Below, in pieces: positions 37,289 to 48,514 of a stretch of 64,000 nucleotides of DNA. The notes under the pieces were generated by a model that worked only from the letters and a program-made list of their open reading frames with translations, ran no database searches and was not told the DNA's origin. The stretch is from Burkholderiales bacterium (GTDB lineage: Bacteria > Pseudomonadota > Gammaproteobacteria > Burkholderiales > SG8-39). The first letter of the stretch is position 1; the number at the start of each line of letters is the position of its first letter. Made by a program: the position numbers and the translations under genes. The stretch lies in assembly GCA_050248795.1 (NCBI GenBank), contig JBFWRS010000006.1, positions 16,246 through 80,245 on the forward strand. The letters are read 5' to 3'.

Positions 37289-37996
37289 ATGCTGCGCCTG
37301 CTGCGGCTGGGCTGGAAGTGGTACTGCTACACGCTGGGTGCGGTGGTGCTTGCGGTGTTCGCGGTGCAGGCGTGGTTCTTCGCGCACGTGTGGTGGTGGG
37401 AGTCGCACAATCCCCGGGCGAGCGCGTTCATGGCGATGCGGCTGGAGCGCCTGCGCGAGCAGGACCCGGCGGCGCGACTGCAGCACAGGTGGGTGCCCTA
37501 TGAGCGCATCTCGACGAATCTCAAGCGCGCGGTGGTGGCTGCCGAGGACGCCAAGTTCATGAGCCACGAGGGCTTCGACCTCGAGGGCATCCAGCGTGCG
37601 CTCGAGCGCAACGAGAAGAAGGGACGCGTGGTGTCGGGCGGCTCCACCATCAGTCAGCAGCTGGCGAAGAACCTGTTCCTGTCGGGCGATCGCTCGTGGG
37701 TCCGCAAGGGCCAGGAAGCGGTGATCACATGGATGCTCGAATCGACCATGTCCAAGCGCCGTATCCTGGAGATCTACCTGAACGTCGCCGAATGGGGCGA
37801 AGGCGTGTTCGGCGCCGAGGCGGCGGCGCGTCATCACTTCGGCACCGGCGCCGACCGGATCGGTGCCGCGCAGGCGGCATACCTCGCGGCCGTGCTGCCC
37901 AGCCCGCGCCGCTACGAGGCGGGCCGCGTGACGCCTTACGTCGCCTCCCGCGTGGAAACGATACTCGGGCGCATGGCGAGCGCGCAGATTCCGTAG
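37289..37996 (+). CDS. mtgA: Monofunctional biosynthetic peptidoglycan transglycosylase
   Basis: 235 aa from ATG 37289 with a TM anchor. GT51 motifs AAEDAKF, GGSTISQQLAKN and RKGQEA. Confidence 0.95.
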   Translation: MLRLLRLGWKWYCYTLGAVVLAVFAVQAWFFAHVWWWESHNPRASAFMAMRLERLREQDPAARLQHRWVPYERISTNLKRAVVAAEDAKFMSHEGFDLEGIQRALERNEKKGRVVSGGSTISQQLAKNLFLSGDRSWVRKGQEAVITWMLESTMSKRRILEIYLNVAEWGEGVFGAEAAARHHFGTGADRIGAAQAAYLAAVLPSPRRYEAGRVTPYVASRVETILGRMASAQIP

Positions 37997-38087
37997 AGGA
38001 CACCCTGACCTACTCCCGCGCGGCTGCGACGGACGATGGGGCCGCAGCTCGCGGCGAACAATTCAGAGTGTCCTAAACTCGGGCCCT

Positions 38088-39500
38088 GTGCCCGATCGTC
38101 GCCCCCGGCTGGAAATCGAAGACCTGAAGCGGAACCTGCAGGAAGTGCAGGATCTGCTGCAGCGTCATTCCCTCGGCGACGAGTTGCAGGAGGATGCGCA
38201 ACTGCGCGGGACCGCGCTCGCCGAACTGCACGCGACGCTGAAGAAGCTGCATCCGGCCGATGTGGCGGTGGTGCTCGAGGCCCTGCCGCTGGACGACCGA
38301 CTGGTCGCCTGGGATCTGGTCAAGGCCGAGCAGGACGGCGAGATCCTGCTCGAGGTGTCCGACGCGGTTCGCGACACGCTCATCGCCGCGATGGACCCGA
38401 AGGAACTCGTCGCGGCGGTGGAATCGCTGGACGCGGACGAGATCGCGGACCTCATCAACGACCTGCCGCAGGACGTGGCCGAGCAGGTGGTGCGCTCGCT
38501 CCCTGCGGAGGAGCGCGAGCGCCTGCGTGCCGCGATGTCGCACGCCGAGGGCACGGTGGGCGCGCTGATGGACTTCGAGATGGTGACGGTGCGCGAGGAC
38601 GTGACGCTGGAGACCGTGACGCGCTACCTGCGGCGGCTGGACGAACTGCCGCCGAACACCGACCAGGTGTTCGTCGTCGACCGGGCGCGGAAGCTCAAGG
38701 GTACGCTGCCGATCACGCGGCTGGTGGTCACCGACCTCGAAACCGAGGTCACGCAGGTGATGGACCACGAGCCGGTGACGTTCTTCTCGGGGGACAGCGC
38801 CGAGGACGCGGCGAACGCGTTCGAGCGCTACGACCTGGTGTCGGCACCCGTGGTGGACGCGTTCGACAGGCTGATCGGCCGGCTCACGGTGGACATGGTA
38901 GTCGACCATATCCGCGAGAAGAGCGCGGAGACGCAGCTTGCCGAGGCAGGCCTGAGCGAGGAGGAGGACATCTTCGCGCCGGTGTGGAACAGTTTTCGCA
39001 ACCGCTGGTCGTGGCTGGCGGTGAATCTGGTCACCGCGTTCGTCGCTTCGCGCGTAATCGGCCTGTTCGAGGGCTCGATCGAGAAGCTGGTCGCGCTCGC
39101 GGCGCTGATGCCGATCGTCGCCGGTATCGGCGGCAACTCGGGCAACCAGACCATCACCATGATCGTGCGCGCGCTGGCGCTGGGGCAGATGCAGCCCGGC
39201 TACTGGAGAAAGCTGCTCGCCAAGGAACTCGGCGTGGCGACGCTGAATGGCGTGTTGTGGGGCGTGCTGCTCGGCGCGGTGGCCTACTGGCTCTACGAAA
39301 GCGTCGCGCTGGGCGGCGTGATGGCGCTCGCAATGCTGCTGACGCTGCTGCTCGCCGCGTTCATGGGCGTGCTCATTCCGTACCTGCGCGCACGCTTCGG
39401 CCGCGATCCGGCGATCGGCTCCTCGGTGCTGATCACCGCGTGCACCGATTCAGGCGGCTTCTTCATCTTCCTCGGCCTCGCGACGCTGTTCCTGCTCTAG
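38088..39500 (+). CDS. mgtE: Magnesium transporter MgtE
   Basis: 470 aa: N-domain, a CBS pair, and a C-terminal TM domain with [13 protein letters not shown] and [15 protein letters not shown] start. Confidence 0.93.
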   Translation: MPDRRPRLEIEDLKRNLQEVQDLLQRHSLGDELQEDAQLRGTALAELHATLKKLHPADVAVVLEALPLDDRLVAWDLVKAEQDGEILLEVSDAVRDTLIAAMDPKELVAAVESLDADEIADLINDLPQDVAEQVVRSLPAEERERLRAAMSHAEGTVGALMDFEMVTVREDVTLETVTRYLRRLDELPPNTDQVFVVDRARKLKGTLPITRLVVTDLETEVTQVMDHEPVTFFSGDSAEDAANAFERYDLVSAPVVDAFDRLIGRLTVDMVVDHIREKSAETQLAEAGLSEEEDIFAPVWNSFRNRWSWLAVNLVTAFVASRVIGLFEGSIEKLVALAALMPIVAGIGGNSGNQTITMIVRALALGQMQPGYWRKLLAKELGVATLNGVLWGVLLGAVAYWLYESVALGGVMALAMLLTLLLAAFMGVLIPYLRARFGRDPAIGSSVLITACTDSGGFFIFLGLATLFLL

Positions 39501-40777
39501 AGCGCTGCGAACGCAGCCTTCGCCGCCGCGAACGTGAGTGCCAGTTCCGCCTCGCCATGGGCGGCGGAGACGAAGCCCGCCTCGTAGGCCGAGGGTGCGA
39601 GGTAGATGCCGCGCGCGAGCATCTCATGGAAGAAGCGATTGAAGCGGTCCTTGTCACACTGCATCACCTCGGCGAAACTCGTCGGCGGCGACGTCCTGAA
39701 ATACAGGCCGAACATGCTGCCGATCGACTGCGCCGAGAACGTCACGCCGGCAAGCTTCGCCTCGCCGACCAGGCCTTCCACCAGCGCGCGCGTCGTCGCG
39801 GCGATGCGATCCTGGAAGCCCGCAGCCTCGACCAGCTTCAGGGTCGCGAGGCCCGCGGCAACTGCGACCGGATTCCCCGACAGCGTGCCCGCCTGGTAGA
39901 TCGGGCCGAGCGGGGCGATCCGTTCCATGATGTCCCTGCGCCCGCCTACCGCGCCCACCGGCATGCCGCCGCCGATCACCTTGCCGAGCGTGGTGAGGTC
40001 CGGCCGGATGCCATAGTGCGCCTGCGCACCGCCCGGCGCGACGCGAAAGCCGGTCATCACCTCGTCGAAGATCAGCACTGCGCCGTGTCGCGTGCACTCC
40101 TCGCGCAGCGCTTCGAGGAATCCCGGCGCAGGCAGCACCAGGTTCATGTTGCCAGCCACCGGCTCGACGATGACGCCGGCGATGTCGGCGCCGCGCGCGG
40201 CAAACAGGGCCTTCAACTGCGCGGTATCGTTGAAATCGAGTACCAGGGTATGCGCGGCAGTTTCCGCCGGCACGCCGGCGGAACTGGGGTTGCCGAAGGT
40301 GAGCGCGCCCGAACCGGCCTTCACCAGCAGGCTGTCGGCATGGCCGTGATAGCAGCCCTCGAACTTCACGATCGCGGATCGCCCGGTAAAGCCGCGCGCC
40401 AGCCGCAGCGCGGTCATCGTCGCCTCGGTTCCCGAGGACACCAGCCGCACCATCTCGATCGAGGGCACAAGGCGGCAGATCGCCTCGGCGAGCAGCACCT
40501 CGCTCTCGGTGGGCGCGCCGAACGACAGTGCGTTCGCCGCTGCGCCTTGCACTGCCTTGACCACCTCGGGGTGCGTGTGCCCGGCGACCATCGGGCCCCA
40601 GGATCCGACGTAGTCCACGTAGCGGGTGCCTTCGACGTCCCAGAGGTAGGCACCGGAGGCGCGGGCGAAAAAGCGTGGCGTGCCGCCCACGGCGCGGAAC
40701 GCACGTACCGGCGAGTTGACACCGGCCGGGATGTGCTGCTGCGCGCGCTGATAGAGGGATTCGTTGCTGGTACTCAT
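39497..40777 (-). CDS. hemL: Glutamate-1-semialdehyde 2,1-aminomutase
   Basis: 426 aa: [19 protein letters not shown] and GTLSGNP. Confidence 0.97.
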   Translation of the reverse strand: MSTSNESLYQRAQQHIPAGVNSPVRAFRAVGGTPRFFARASGAYLWDVEGTRYVDYVGSWGPMVAGHTHPEVVKAVQGAAANALSFGAPTESEVLLAEAICRLVPSIEMVRLVSSGTEATMTALRLARGFTGRSAIVKFEGCYHGHADSLLVKAGSGALTFGNPSSAGVPAETAAHTLVLDFNDTAQLKALFAARGADIAGVIVEPVAGNMNLVLPAPGFLEALREECTRHGAVLIFDEVMTGFRVAPGGAQAHYGIRPDLTTLGKVIGGGMPVGAVGGRRDIMERIAPLGPIYQAGTLSGNPVAVAAGLATLKLVEAAGFQDRIAATTRALVEGLVGEAKLAGVTFSAQSIGSMFGLYFRTSPPTSFAEVMQCDKDRFNRFFHEMLARGIYLAPSAYEAGFVSAAHGEAELALTFAAAKAAFAAL

Positions 40778-41394
40778 GCGGGAACCTTCCGTCTGTTGAA
40801 CAGATCTGCATAGGCGCGCGCCCGCGCCTTCACGTCGCTTGCCGAGAAAAGATCCGATATCACCGCCACGCAGTCGGCGCCGGCACCGATGGCCTGCGCG
40901 GCATTGTCCAGCGTTACTCCGCCGATGGCGACCAGCGGCACCCGCAGGTGCCGCGCCTGCACGAACAGTTCCAGCGGTGCGCGCACGGCCGCGGGCTTCG
41001 TCGACGATGCGAACACGCTGCCGAAGGCGACGTAGTCCGCGCCGGCAGCGGCCGCGGCGCGTGCGAGCGCAAGGCTGTCATAGCAGGAAACGCCGATGAT
41101 GCGGCGGCCAAGCAGCGCGCGCGCCGCGGCCAGCCCGGCGTCGTCGCGGCCAAGGTGCACGCCATCGGCCTCCGACTCGAGGGCCAGGCGCGGGTCGTCG
41201 TTGACGATGAACAGCGCACCATGATCGCGGCAAACCGAGCGCAGCGCGCGTGCATCGTGCAGCGCCTGCGCATGGTCGGAGGATTTGCTCCGGTATTGCA
41301 GGACCACGGCGCCGCCCGCGAGTGCGGCGGCGGCGAGCGCGACCAGGCGCTCGCCCGCGGCACCCTCGGGGGTGATTGCATACAGCCCTCTCAC
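40774..41394 (-). CDS. thiE: Thiamine-phosphate synthase
   Basis: 206 aa from GTG 41394 (GTGA overlap with the thiD stop): GLYAITP, VLQYRSK, DGVHLG and IGGV. Confidence 0.9.
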   Translation of the reverse strand: MRGLYAITPEGAAGERLVALAAAALAGGAVVLQYRSKSSDHAQALHDARALRSVCRDHGALFIVNDDPRLALESEADGVHLGRDDAGLAAARALLGRRIIGVSCYDSLALARAAAAAGADYVAFGSVFASSTKPAAVRAPLELFVQARHLRVPLVAIGGVTLDNAAQAIGAGADCVAVISDLFSASDVKARARAYADLFNRRKVPA

Positions 41395-42212
41395 GGCGCG
41401 GCGGCGGCGATGCCGCGTGCCCAGAAGAAGCGGTCGGGCAGATGCTGTCCGCTGCCCGGCCGGTAGCCGGTCGCAAGCGCCTGCCAGGTGAACTCCTGCG
41501 CTTCGCGTACTGCTTGGTCGACGCCGGCGCCGTGCGCCAGTCTCGCCGCGATCGCTGCGGCGAGCGTGCATCCGGAGCCGTGATAGCTCCCGGGCAGCCG
41601 CGTCCAGTGCGCGCTGCGCGGCGCGTCCCCGGCGCTGAACAGGGTGTTGGTCACCTCGGGCGTGTCTTCGTGCGTGCCGGTGATCAGCACGTGCCTGCAG
41701 CCGAGCTCCAGCAGGCGCCGCGCGCATTCTTCCAGTGCGGGGGCGCCGGAATCGTCGCCGCGCGCGGCAAGCGCGCGTGCTTCGAGGCTGTTGGGCGTCA
41801 CCACCGTTGCGAGCGGCAGCAGAAGCTCGCGCAGTGAGTCGAGGATCTCGCCGGAGGCAAGCGCGTCGCCGCGCGCCGAAGCGAGCACCGGGTCCAGCAC
41901 CATCGGCACGCCGGGATGGGCGGCGACGACGCGGGAGATTGCCGCCGCGTTTGCGGCCGAACCGAGTACGCCGAGCTTGAACGCCGCCACCCGGAATTCG
42001 TCGAGCAGCGCGCGTGCCTGGTCGCTCACCCAGTCGGCAGCGACAGGCTGGATCGCCTCGACGCCATGCGTGTCCTGCACGGTGATCGCGGTCAGCACCG
42101 ACAGCGGATGGCATCCCATGCTGGCGAACGTGAGCAGGTCCGCCTGCATGCCGGCGCCGCCGGTGGGGTCGGACGCGGCAAAGCTCAGCACGAAGCGGGG
42201 CAGGGTCGGCAT
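41391..42212 (-). CDS. thiD: Hydroxymethylpyrimidine/phosphomethylpyrimidine kinase
   Basis: 273 aa: SDPTGGAGMQADL, and GSGCTLAAAIAA. Confidence 0.95.
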   Translation of the reverse strand: MPTLPRFVLSFAASDPTGGAGMQADLLTFASMGCHPLSVLTAITVQDTHGVEAIQPVAADWVSDQARALLDEFRVAAFKLGVLGSAANAAAISRVVAAHPGVPMVLDPVLASARGDALASGEILDSLRELLLPLATVVTPNSLEARALAARGDDSGAPALEECARRLLELGCRHVLITGTHEDTPEVTNTLFSAGDAPRSAHWTRLPGSYHGSGCTLAAAIAARLAHGAGVDQAVREAQEFTWQALATGYRPGSGQHLPDRFFWARGIAAAAP

Positions 42213-42253
42213 GAGGAAATTCCGCGGCGATTGGAGTCGCGGATCAAGGTAAT

Positions 42254-42469
42254 ATGCCGGGCGATTCTAACCCGCTCTCCAACATGGCCGAGAACCAAAT
42301 CCAATACAAGACATGGATGTGCCTCATCTGCGGATGGGTCTATGACGAAGCTGCCGGCCTGCCGGAAGAAGGGATTGCCCCGGGCACGCGCTGGGAGGAT
42401 GTCCCCATCAACTGGACCTGTCCCGAGTGCGGTGCGCGCAAGGAAGACTTCGAGATGACGGAGATCTAG
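42254..42469 (+). CDS. Rubredoxin
   Basis: WMCLICGWVYDE and WTCPECGARKEDFE (two CxxCG knuckles). An alternative start at 42284 (MAENQ) gives 61 aa. Confidence 0.9.
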   Translation: MPGDSNPLSNMAENQIQYKTWMCLICGWVYDEAAGLPEEGIAPGTRWEDVPINWTCPECGARKEDFEMTEI

Positions 42470-42479
42470 GGACGGTTCA

Positions 42480-43880
42480 TCAGGCGCGCTGCTTCAGCAC
42501 GCCGAAGCGTTCCAGCGTGCGCTTGCGCGCCTCGGCGTGTTCGACGATCGGCGCCGGATAGCCCGGGGCGCCGCCACCGGTCCAGGGCGCGTGCAGGTGC
42601 TCCAGCGGCACGTCGGCAAGCTCGGGCACGTAGCGGCGGATGAACATGCCATCGGCGTCGAATCTTTCCGACTGCGTCACCGGGTTGAAGATGCGGAACC
42701 AGGGTTGCGCGTCGCAGCCGGTCGAAGCCGCCCACTGCCAGCCGCCGTTGTTCGACGCGAGCTCGTAGTCATTCAGCCGCGCGGCGAAGTAGCGCTCGCC
42801 GTGCCGCCAGTCGATGCCCAGGTGCTTCACCAGGAAAGACGCGGTCAGCATGCGCAGGCGGTTGTGCATGTAGCCGGTGCGGTTCAGTTGCCGCATCGCC
42901 GCGTCCACCAGCGGGTAGCCGGTGTTTCCCTCGCACCAGGCCTGCCACCAGTCGTCGCGGAAATCGAACCTCACGCGCGCGTACTCGCGGCGAAAGGGCG
43001 AGTCGACGACATCCGGCCGCGCGGCGAGGATCATGAAGTAGAAGTCGCGCCATATCAGTTCCGACAGCCAGGTGTCGCTTCCCGCGCCGCCGCGCCGCCA
43101 CGCGAATCCCGCGAGCTCGCGGATCGACAGCGTGCCGAAGCGCAGGTGCACGGACAGGCGGGAGGTGCCCTCGCGCGCCGGAAAGTCGCGCTGGTCGCGA
43201 TAGGCGTCGATGCGCTGCCTGAACGCGTCGAAGAGCGCGCGCGCGGCGGACATGCCGGCGCCGATGCCGAGCGCGGCGAGGTCGGTGCGCGCGAATCCGA
43301 GCTCATCGAGCGTCGGCAGCGCCGCGTCCGGCGCCGGCGCGAGCCGGGCGGCATGCCGTGCCACCGGGTACGCCTGGACGTGAAACGGCGCGAGCTTCTT
43401 CAGCCAGGCGTTGCGGTATGGTGTGTACACGCTGAACGCGCCGCCCGCGCGCGTGCGCACCTCGTCCAGCTCGAAGACGACCTGGTCCTTGCGCGTGTGA
43501 AAGCCGATGCCCTCCCGCGCTAGCACTGCGGCAACCCCGGCGTCCCGTGCGATCGCCGCGGGCTCGTAGTCGCGGTTGGCGTAGACGGCCGTGACGCCGA
43601 GGCGGCGCGCCAGGCGCGGAATCTCGTCCTGCGGGTGCCCCTGCAGCGCGTGCAGGCCGCCACCGAGCCTTTCCAGGCCGGACTTGAGCTCGGCAACGCT
43701 GGCATGGAGGAACTCGACGCGGCGCTCCTTGCGCGAGGGCAGGGCGTCGAGTATTCCGCGATCGAACACGAACGCACAGTGCACCGCCTCGTGTGCGGTC
43801 AGCGCGGCGTGCAGGGCAGCGTGGTCGTGGTCGCGCAGGTCCCGCCGGAACCACACCAGCGCTGCGCCTGTGGCGGGCAT
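42480..43880 (-). CDS. phrB: Deoxyribodipyrimidine photolyase
   Basis: 466 aa from ATG 43880: [32 protein letters not shown] and NNGGWQW. The ORF-track extension to 44666 overlaps the yqgE and ruvX genes. Confidence 0.92.
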   Translation of the reverse strand: MPATGAALVWFRRDLRDHDHAALHAALTAHEAVHCAFVFDRGILDALPSRKERRVEFLHASVAELKSGLERLGGGLHALQGHPQDEIPRLARRLGVTAVYANRDYEPAAIARDAGVAAVLAREGIGFHTRKDQVVFELDEVRTRAGGAFSVYTPYRNAWLKKLAPFHVQAYPVARHAARLAPAPDAALPTLDELGFARTDLAALGIGAGMSAARALFDAFRQRIDAYRDQRDFPAREGTSRLSVHLRFGTLSIRELAGFAWRRGGAGSDTWLSELIWRDFYFMILAARPDVVDSPFRREYARVRFDFRDDWWQAWCEGNTGYPLVDAAMRQLNRTGYMHNRLRMLTASFLVKHLGIDWRHGERYFAARLNDYELASNNGGWQWAASTGCDAQPWFRIFNPVTQSERFDADGMFIRRYVPELADVPLEHLHAPWTGGGAPGYPAPIVEHAEARKRTLERFGVLKQRA

Positions 43881-43901
43881 TGCGCTAAAATAGCGCCAAG
43901 C

Positions 43902-44462
43902 GTGTCCTCGATCAATCTGACGAACCACTTCCTGATCGCCATGCCCAACATGGCCGATCCACATTTCTCGAGGACGCTGACCTACGTCTGCGAGCACAAC
44001 GACAATGGCGCGCTGGGCGTGGTGGTGAACCGCCCGATCGACATGACCCTGCAGGACCTGCTCGAGAGGCTTTCCCTCAAGCCGATCGACCGCGAAGCAG
44101 GCAGCGCGCCGATCTATTTCGGCGGGCCGGTGCAGACCGACCGCGGCTTCGTGCTGCACGAGCCCGCGGGAGACTGGCAGTCCACGCTGCGCGTGCACGA
44201 GGCGATAGGCCTGACCACCTCCAAGGACATTCTGGAGGCGGTGTCGCAGGGCGCGGGCCCGGCGCGCATGCTGGTGACGCTGGGGTATTCGGGCTGGTCG
44301 CCCGGCCAGATCGAAAGCGAGATCGCACAGAACGCCTGGCTCACCGTGGAGGCGAAGGACGCGATCCTGTTCGACCTGCCGGCAGGCGAGCGGCTGCCCG
44401 CGGCGATGGAACTGCTGGGGCTGGACTACGCGCGGCTCGCCGACGTGGCGGGACATGCCTGA
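43902..44462 (+). CDS. YqgE/AlgH family protein (UPF0301)
   Basis: 186 aa from GTG 43902: [35 protein letters not shown], and [13 protein letters not shown]. Confidence 0.88.
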   Translation: MSSINLTNHFLIAMPNMADPHFSRTLTYVCEHNDNGALGVVVNRPIDMTLQDLLERLSLKPIDREAGSAPIYFGGPVQTDRGFVLHEPAGDWQSTLRVHEAIGLTTSKDILEAVSQGAGPARMLVTLGYSGWSPGQIESEIAQNAWLTVEAKDAILFDLPAGERLPAAMELLGLDYARLADVAGHA

Positions 44463-44895
44463 CAAGGCGACGCGCACCGTCCTCGCCTTCGATTTCGGCC
44501 TGAAACGCATTGGCGTCGCGGTGGGCGACGAGGGGCTGGGGACTTCGCACCCGCTGCCGGGCATCGTCGCGAGCGGGGATGACGCATTCTCAGCCGTGGC
44601 AAGGCTGGTCGATGAATGGCGGCCGGCGCAGCTGGTGGTGGGCCTGCCGCTTGCCAGCGACGGCACGCCGCACGAGCAGACGCGGCGCGCCGAGCGCTTT
44701 GCGCGCCGGCTCGAAGGGCGCTTTCACCTGCCGGTCGCGCTGGTGGACGAGCGCTACAGCTCGGTCGAGGCGGAAGGCAGGCTGCGCGAGGCGGCGGGCG
44801 CGAGGCTTGCCGCGAAGGCCTCCCGCGCACGCGCGCTCGATTCGCAGGCCGCGCAACTGATACTGGAGCAGTACCTTGGCCGACAGCCTGCCTGA
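44455..44895 (+). CDS. ruvX: Holliday junction resolvase-like protein RuvX/YqgF
   Basis: 146 aa: [17 protein letters not shown], and [10 protein letters not shown]. Confidence 0.93.
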   Translation: MPDKATRTVLAFDFGLKRIGVAVGDEGLGTSHPLPGIVASGDDAFSAVARLVDEWRPAQLVVGLPLASDGTPHEQTRRAERFARRLEGRFHLPVALVDERYSSVEAEGRLREAAGARLAAKASRARALDSQAAQLILEQYLGRQPA

Positions 44896-45379
44896 CGCCG
44901 AGGCGCTGTGCGCCGAGCTCGCCGCGCAGCTGCGCCCGGCGCTGCGGCCGGCAAGCGCGATGATCGGCATACACACCGGCGGCGTGTGGGTCGCCGAACG
45001 GCTGCACGCGGCGCTCGCGCTGCAGGATCCGCTGGCTACCATGGACATCGCGTTCTATCGCGATGACTACGCCAAGCAGGGCCTGCACCACGATCCGAAG
45101 CGGACGCGCATCCCGTTCGGCATCGAGGGCCGCGACCTGCTGCTGGTGGACGACATCCTGTACACCGGCCGCACGGTGCGCGCGGCGATGAACGAACTGT
45201 TCGACTACGGCCGTCCGGCGTCGATCTCGCTCGTGGTGCTGGCAGACCGCGGCGGCCGCGAACTGCCGATCTGCGCCAGCCACTGCGGCGCGCGCATCGA
45301 AGTCCCCGAGGGCGCGCGGCTTCGCCTGAAGAAGGCCGCAGACGAGCGCCTCTACCTGGAACTGCAGCATGCAGCGTAA
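44876..45379 (+). CDS. pyrR: Bifunctional pyr operon regulator/uracil phosphoribosyltransferase PyrR
   Basis: 167 aa with the PRPP motif [20 protein letters not shown] start. Confidence 0.9.
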   Translation: MADSLPDAEALCAELAAQLRPALRPASAMIGIHTGGVWVAERLHAALALQDPLATMDIAFYRDDYAKQGLHHDPKRTRIPFGIEGRDLLLVDDILYTGRTVRAAMNELFDYGRPASISLVVLADRGGRELPICASHCGARIEVPEGARLRLKKAADERLYLELQHAA

Positions 45380-46319
45380 CCCGCAGCTGAACGCGAGCGG
45401 CGCGCTGCAGCACCTGCTGTCCATCGAGGGACTGCCGCGCGAGATCGTGCTGCAGATCCTCGACACCGCGGCGTCGTTCGTCGGCGTGACCGAGCGCGAA
45501 GTGAAGAAGGTGCCGCTGCTGCGCGGCAAGAGCGTGTTCAACCTCTTCTTCGAGCCGTCGACGCGCACGCGCACCACCTTCGAGATCGCCGCCAAGCGGC
45601 TCTCGGCCGATGTCATCAACCTCAACATCGCGGCGAGTTCGCAGACCAAGGGCGAGTCGCTGCTCGACACGGTGGCGAACCTTTCGGCGATGCAGGCGGA
45701 CCTGTTCATCGTCCGCCACTCGGCCTCGGGCGCGCCGTTCATGATCGCGCGGCACGTCAAGCCGCACGAGCACGTCATCAACGCGGGCGACGGCCGGCAC
45801 GCACACCCGACGCAAGGGCTGCTCGACCTGTACACCATACGGCACTACAAGCGCGACTTCTCCGCGCTCACGGTCGCCGTGGTGGGCGACGTGCTGCATT
45901 CGCGCGTGGCGCGGTCGCTGATACACGGCCTCAACATCCTCGGCGTTCCCGAGGTCAGGGTGGTCGGCCCGCGCACGCTGGTGCCCGCCGGCATCGAGGC
46001 GCTGGGGGTCAGGGTGTTCCACGACATGCGCGCCGGCCTGAAGGATTGCGACGTCATCGTCATGCTGCGGCTGCAGAGCGAGCGCATGAAGGGCGCGCTG
46101 CTGCCGAGTGCGCAGGAGTTCTTCAAGCACTACGGCCTCACCGACGAAAAGCTGGCGGTGGCCAGGCCCGACGCCATCGTCATGCATCCGGGGCCGATGA
46201 ACCGCGGCGTCGAGATCGATTCGCCGGTCGCCGATGGCCCGCAATCGGTGATCCTGCCGCAGGTCACCTTCGGCATCGCGGTGCGCATGGCGGTGATGTC
46301 CATCGTGGCGGGCAACTGA
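45369..46319 (+). CDS. pyrB: Aspartate carbamoyltransferase catalytic chain
   Basis: 316 aa: [21 protein letters not shown] and HPGPMNRG. Confidence 0.97.
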   Translation: MQRNPQLNASGALQHLLSIEGLPREIVLQILDTAASFVGVTEREVKKVPLLRGKSVFNLFFEPSTRTRTTFEIAAKRLSADVINLNIAASSQTKGESLLDTVANLSAMQADLFIVRHSASGAPFMIARHVKPHEHVINAGDGRHAHPTQGLLDLYTIRHYKRDFSALTVAVVGDVLHSRVARSLIHGLNILGVPEVRVVGPRTLVPAGIEALGVRVFHDMRAGLKDCDVIVMLRLQSERMKGALLPSAQEFFKHYGLTDEKLAVARPDAIVMHPGPMNRGVEIDSPVADGPQSVILPQVTFGIAVRMAVMSIVAGN

Positions 46320-46321
46320 CA

Positions 46322-47599
46322 ATGAGCCTGCTTGTCGCCAACGGCAGGGTGATCGACCCGCGAACCGGGCGCGACGCCACCGGGGATGTGCTGCTCGATG
46401 AGGGCAGGATCGTCGCGCTGGATGCCGCGGCGCGCGGCGCCGCGGCCGGGCGCACGATCGACGCCAGGGGACTGGTCGTGGCGCCCGGGCTGATCGACAT
46501 TGCGGCGCGGCTGCGCGAACCCGGCTTCGAGCACAAGGCGACGCTGGAGTCAGAGATGGATGCGGCGGTCGCCGGCGGCGTCACCAGCCTGGCGTGTCCG
46601 CCCGATACCGACCCGCCGCTGGACGAGCCGGGCCTGGTCGACATGCTGCGCCGGCGCGCCAAGGTACTCAGGCGCGCGCGCGTGTATCCGGTCGGCGCGC
46701 TGACGGTGAAGCTGGCGGGAGAGTCGCTTACCGAGATGGCGGAACTGGCCGAGGCCGGCTGCGTCGCGTTTTCGCAGGCCAACATGCCGATCGCCGACAG
46801 CCAGGTGCTGTGGCGGGCGCTGCAGTACGCCGGCACCTTCGGCTTCCCGGTGTGGCTGCGGGTGCAGGATCCGTGGCTGGCGAAGGGAGGCGTGGCGCAC
46901 GACGGCGACGTCGCGACGCGCCTGGGGTTGCCCGGCATCCCGGCGTTCGCCGAGACGGTGGCGCTGGCGGCGCTGCTGGAGCTCGTGCGCGCCACGCAGG
47001 CGCGCGTGCATGTCTGTCGCATCTCCACCGCCGGTGCGGTCGAGATGATCCGTCGCGCGCGCGATGAAGGCCTGCCGGTGAGCTGCGACGTCGGCGTCCA
47101 CCACCTGCACCTGTCCGAGATGGACATCGGCTACTTCGATCCTCAGTGCCGGCTCGACCCGCCGCTGCGCACGCAGCGCGACCGCGATGCGCTTGCCCGG
47201 GCGCTCGCCGAGGGCAGCATAGACTGCGTCTGCTCGGACCACACGCCGCTGGACGAGGACCAGAAGCAGTTGCCGTTCGCAGAAGCGGTGCCGGGCGCGA
47301 GCGGACTGGAAACCCTGCTGCCGCTGGTGCTGAAGTGGGCAGACGCTCGCGGCCTCGCGCTGCCCGCTGCGCTGGCGCGCGTGACCAGCGATCCGGCGCG
47401 GATACTCGGCGTATCGCAGGGCCGCATCGAGGTCGGCGCGCCCGGCGATCTGGCGATTTTCGATCCGCACGCGCCTTTCCTGCTGAATGCGCAGGCGCTG
47501 AAGAGCCAGGGGAAGAACTCGCCCTTCCTCGGACACGAACTCGAAGGCCGCGTACGCTACACCGTCGTGGCCGGAAACGTGGTGTACGAGCAGGCCTGA
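46322..47599 (+). CDS. Dihydroorotase-like protein (likely non-catalytic PyrC')
   Basis: 425 aa from ATG 46322. Amidohydrolase fold, but with GLIDIAARLREPG where active type-I DHOases have D-x-H-x-H-x-R-E-P-G. Immediately downstream of pyrB. Confidence 0.88.
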   Translation: MSLLVANGRVIDPRTGRDATGDVLLDEGRIVALDAAARGAAAGRTIDARGLVVAPGLIDIAARLREPGFEHKATLESEMDAAVAGGVTSLACPPDTDPPLDEPGLVDMLRRRAKVLRRARVYPVGALTVKLAGESLTEMAELAEAGCVAFSQANMPIADSQVLWRALQYAGTFGFPVWLRVQDPWLAKGGVAHDGDVATRLGLPGIPAFAETVALAALLELVRATQARVHVCRISTAGAVEMIRRARDEGLPVSCDVGVHHLHLSEMDIGYFDPQCRLDPPLRTQRDRDALARALAEGSIDCVCSDHTPLDEDQKQLPFAEAVPGASGLETLLPLVLKWADARGLALPAALARVTSDPARILGVSQGRIEVGAPGDLAIFDPHAPFLLNAQALKSQGKNSPFLGHELEGRVRYTVVAGNVVYEQA

Positions 47600-48492
47600 T
47601 GCGGCGCATCGCGGCGCTCGCCATCGCGCTACTGCTCGCTGCCTGCGGTTCGGCACCACCCCGCACGCAGTCCCCCGGCGAACCGGGGGCAGCGCCGCCT
47701 GAGCATGCGCCGCGCAAGGGTGGCTACTACAAGGACGACGGTCCGGGCGCCAACGCACCGCGCGATCTCGAGCAGACGCCCGACGCGGTCCCGCGCGAGG
47801 AGCCGCCGCACCGGTTCGCCAACCGGCCCTACGAAGTGTTCGGCAGGCGCTACGTGCCGGTTGCGCGGCCAGCCGGCTTTCGCGAGCGCGGCACTGCGAC
47901 CTGGTACGGGCGACGCTATCACGGCCAGCGCACCTCGAGCGGCGAGCCTTACGACATGTACGCGATGACGGCGGCCCACCCCACGCTGCAGATCCCGAGC
48001 TACGTGCGCGTCACCAACCTCGCCAACGGGCGCAGCGTCGTCGTGCGGGTAAACGACCGCGGGCCGTTCCTTGCCGGCCGCGTCATCGATCTTTCCTACA
48101 CCGCCGCGCTCAAGCTTGGCTACATCGGAGCCGGGAGTGCGCAGGTCGAGCTCGAGGTGGTCGATACTGCGTCGCCCCCGGTGACTGCGGCACCTGCGCC
48201 TGCGCCTGCCGCCGCGCCCGCGCCGGCCCGCGCGCCTGCGCCCGCGCCCTCCGCGTCGGGGGCGGTGTACGTGCAACTGGGTGCGTTCTCGGCGCGCGAG
48301 GGCGCGGAAAATTTTCGCGCGCGCGTTTACCGGCAGCTCGCGTGGCTGAACGACGCCATCCACGTGCGCGAAGGTGAAGGCGGGCTCTACAGGCTGCACC
48401 TCGGGCCGTACGCATCCGCGGACGATGCGCGGCGTGTCGCAGAGCGGATCGACGCTGAACTGCAGCTCGCACCGGTGCTCGTAAGACCATAG
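47599..48492 (+). CDS. rlpA: Septal ring lytic transglycosylase RlpA (lipoprotein, DPBB + SPOR)
   Basis: 297 aa from ATG 47599 with the lipobox LLLAAC. DPBB motif ASWYG-like TWYGRRYHGQRTSSGEPYD, NDRGPF, an Ala/Pro linker, and a C-terminal SPOR domain (YVQLGAFSAREGAENF). Confidence 0.9.
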   Translation: MRRIAALAIALLLAACGSAPPRTQSPGEPGAAPPEHAPRKGGYYKDDGPGANAPRDLEQTPDAVPREEPPHRFANRPYEVFGRRYVPVARPAGFRERGTATWYGRRYHGQRTSSGEPYDMYAMTAAHPTLQIPSYVRVTNLANGRSVVVRVNDRGPFLAGRVIDLSYTAALKLGYIGAGSAQVELEVVDTASPPVTAAPAPAPAAAPAPARAPAPAPSASGAVYVQLGAFSAREGAENFRARVYRQLAWLNDAIHVREGEGGLYRLHLGPYASADDARRVAERIDAELQLAPVLVRP

Positions 48493-48514
48493 CGCGTATA
48501 ATTCGCGCCCTTCC

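Noticed and set aside
37997-38087. Possible Mg-sensing M-box riboswitch upstream of mgtE. Nested inverted repeats are present: AGGACAC (37997-38003) / GTGTCCT (38068-38074) and GGCTGCG / CGCAGCT.
   Set aside because: The whole intergenic region is only 91 nt, whereas the M-box aptamer alone needs about 160 nt, and I see none of its conserved core. The stems are short and could be a terminator or stability element for mtgA. A cmscan run is still worthwhile.
48175-48260. An apparent tandem GCGCCT/GCGCCC hexamer repeat. Similar Pro/Ala/Arg-rich repeats occur at 27360-27480, 35700-36000 and 57150-57200.
   Set aside because: All are in frame within genes and encode low-complexity Ala/Pro (or Pro/Arg, Lys/Ala) linkers. 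These lie between the DPBB and SPOR domains of RlpA, in the zinc-ribbon/DUF3426 protein, in the TonB-like linker and in DUF2782. They are not CRISPR, VNTR or mobile-element repeats.
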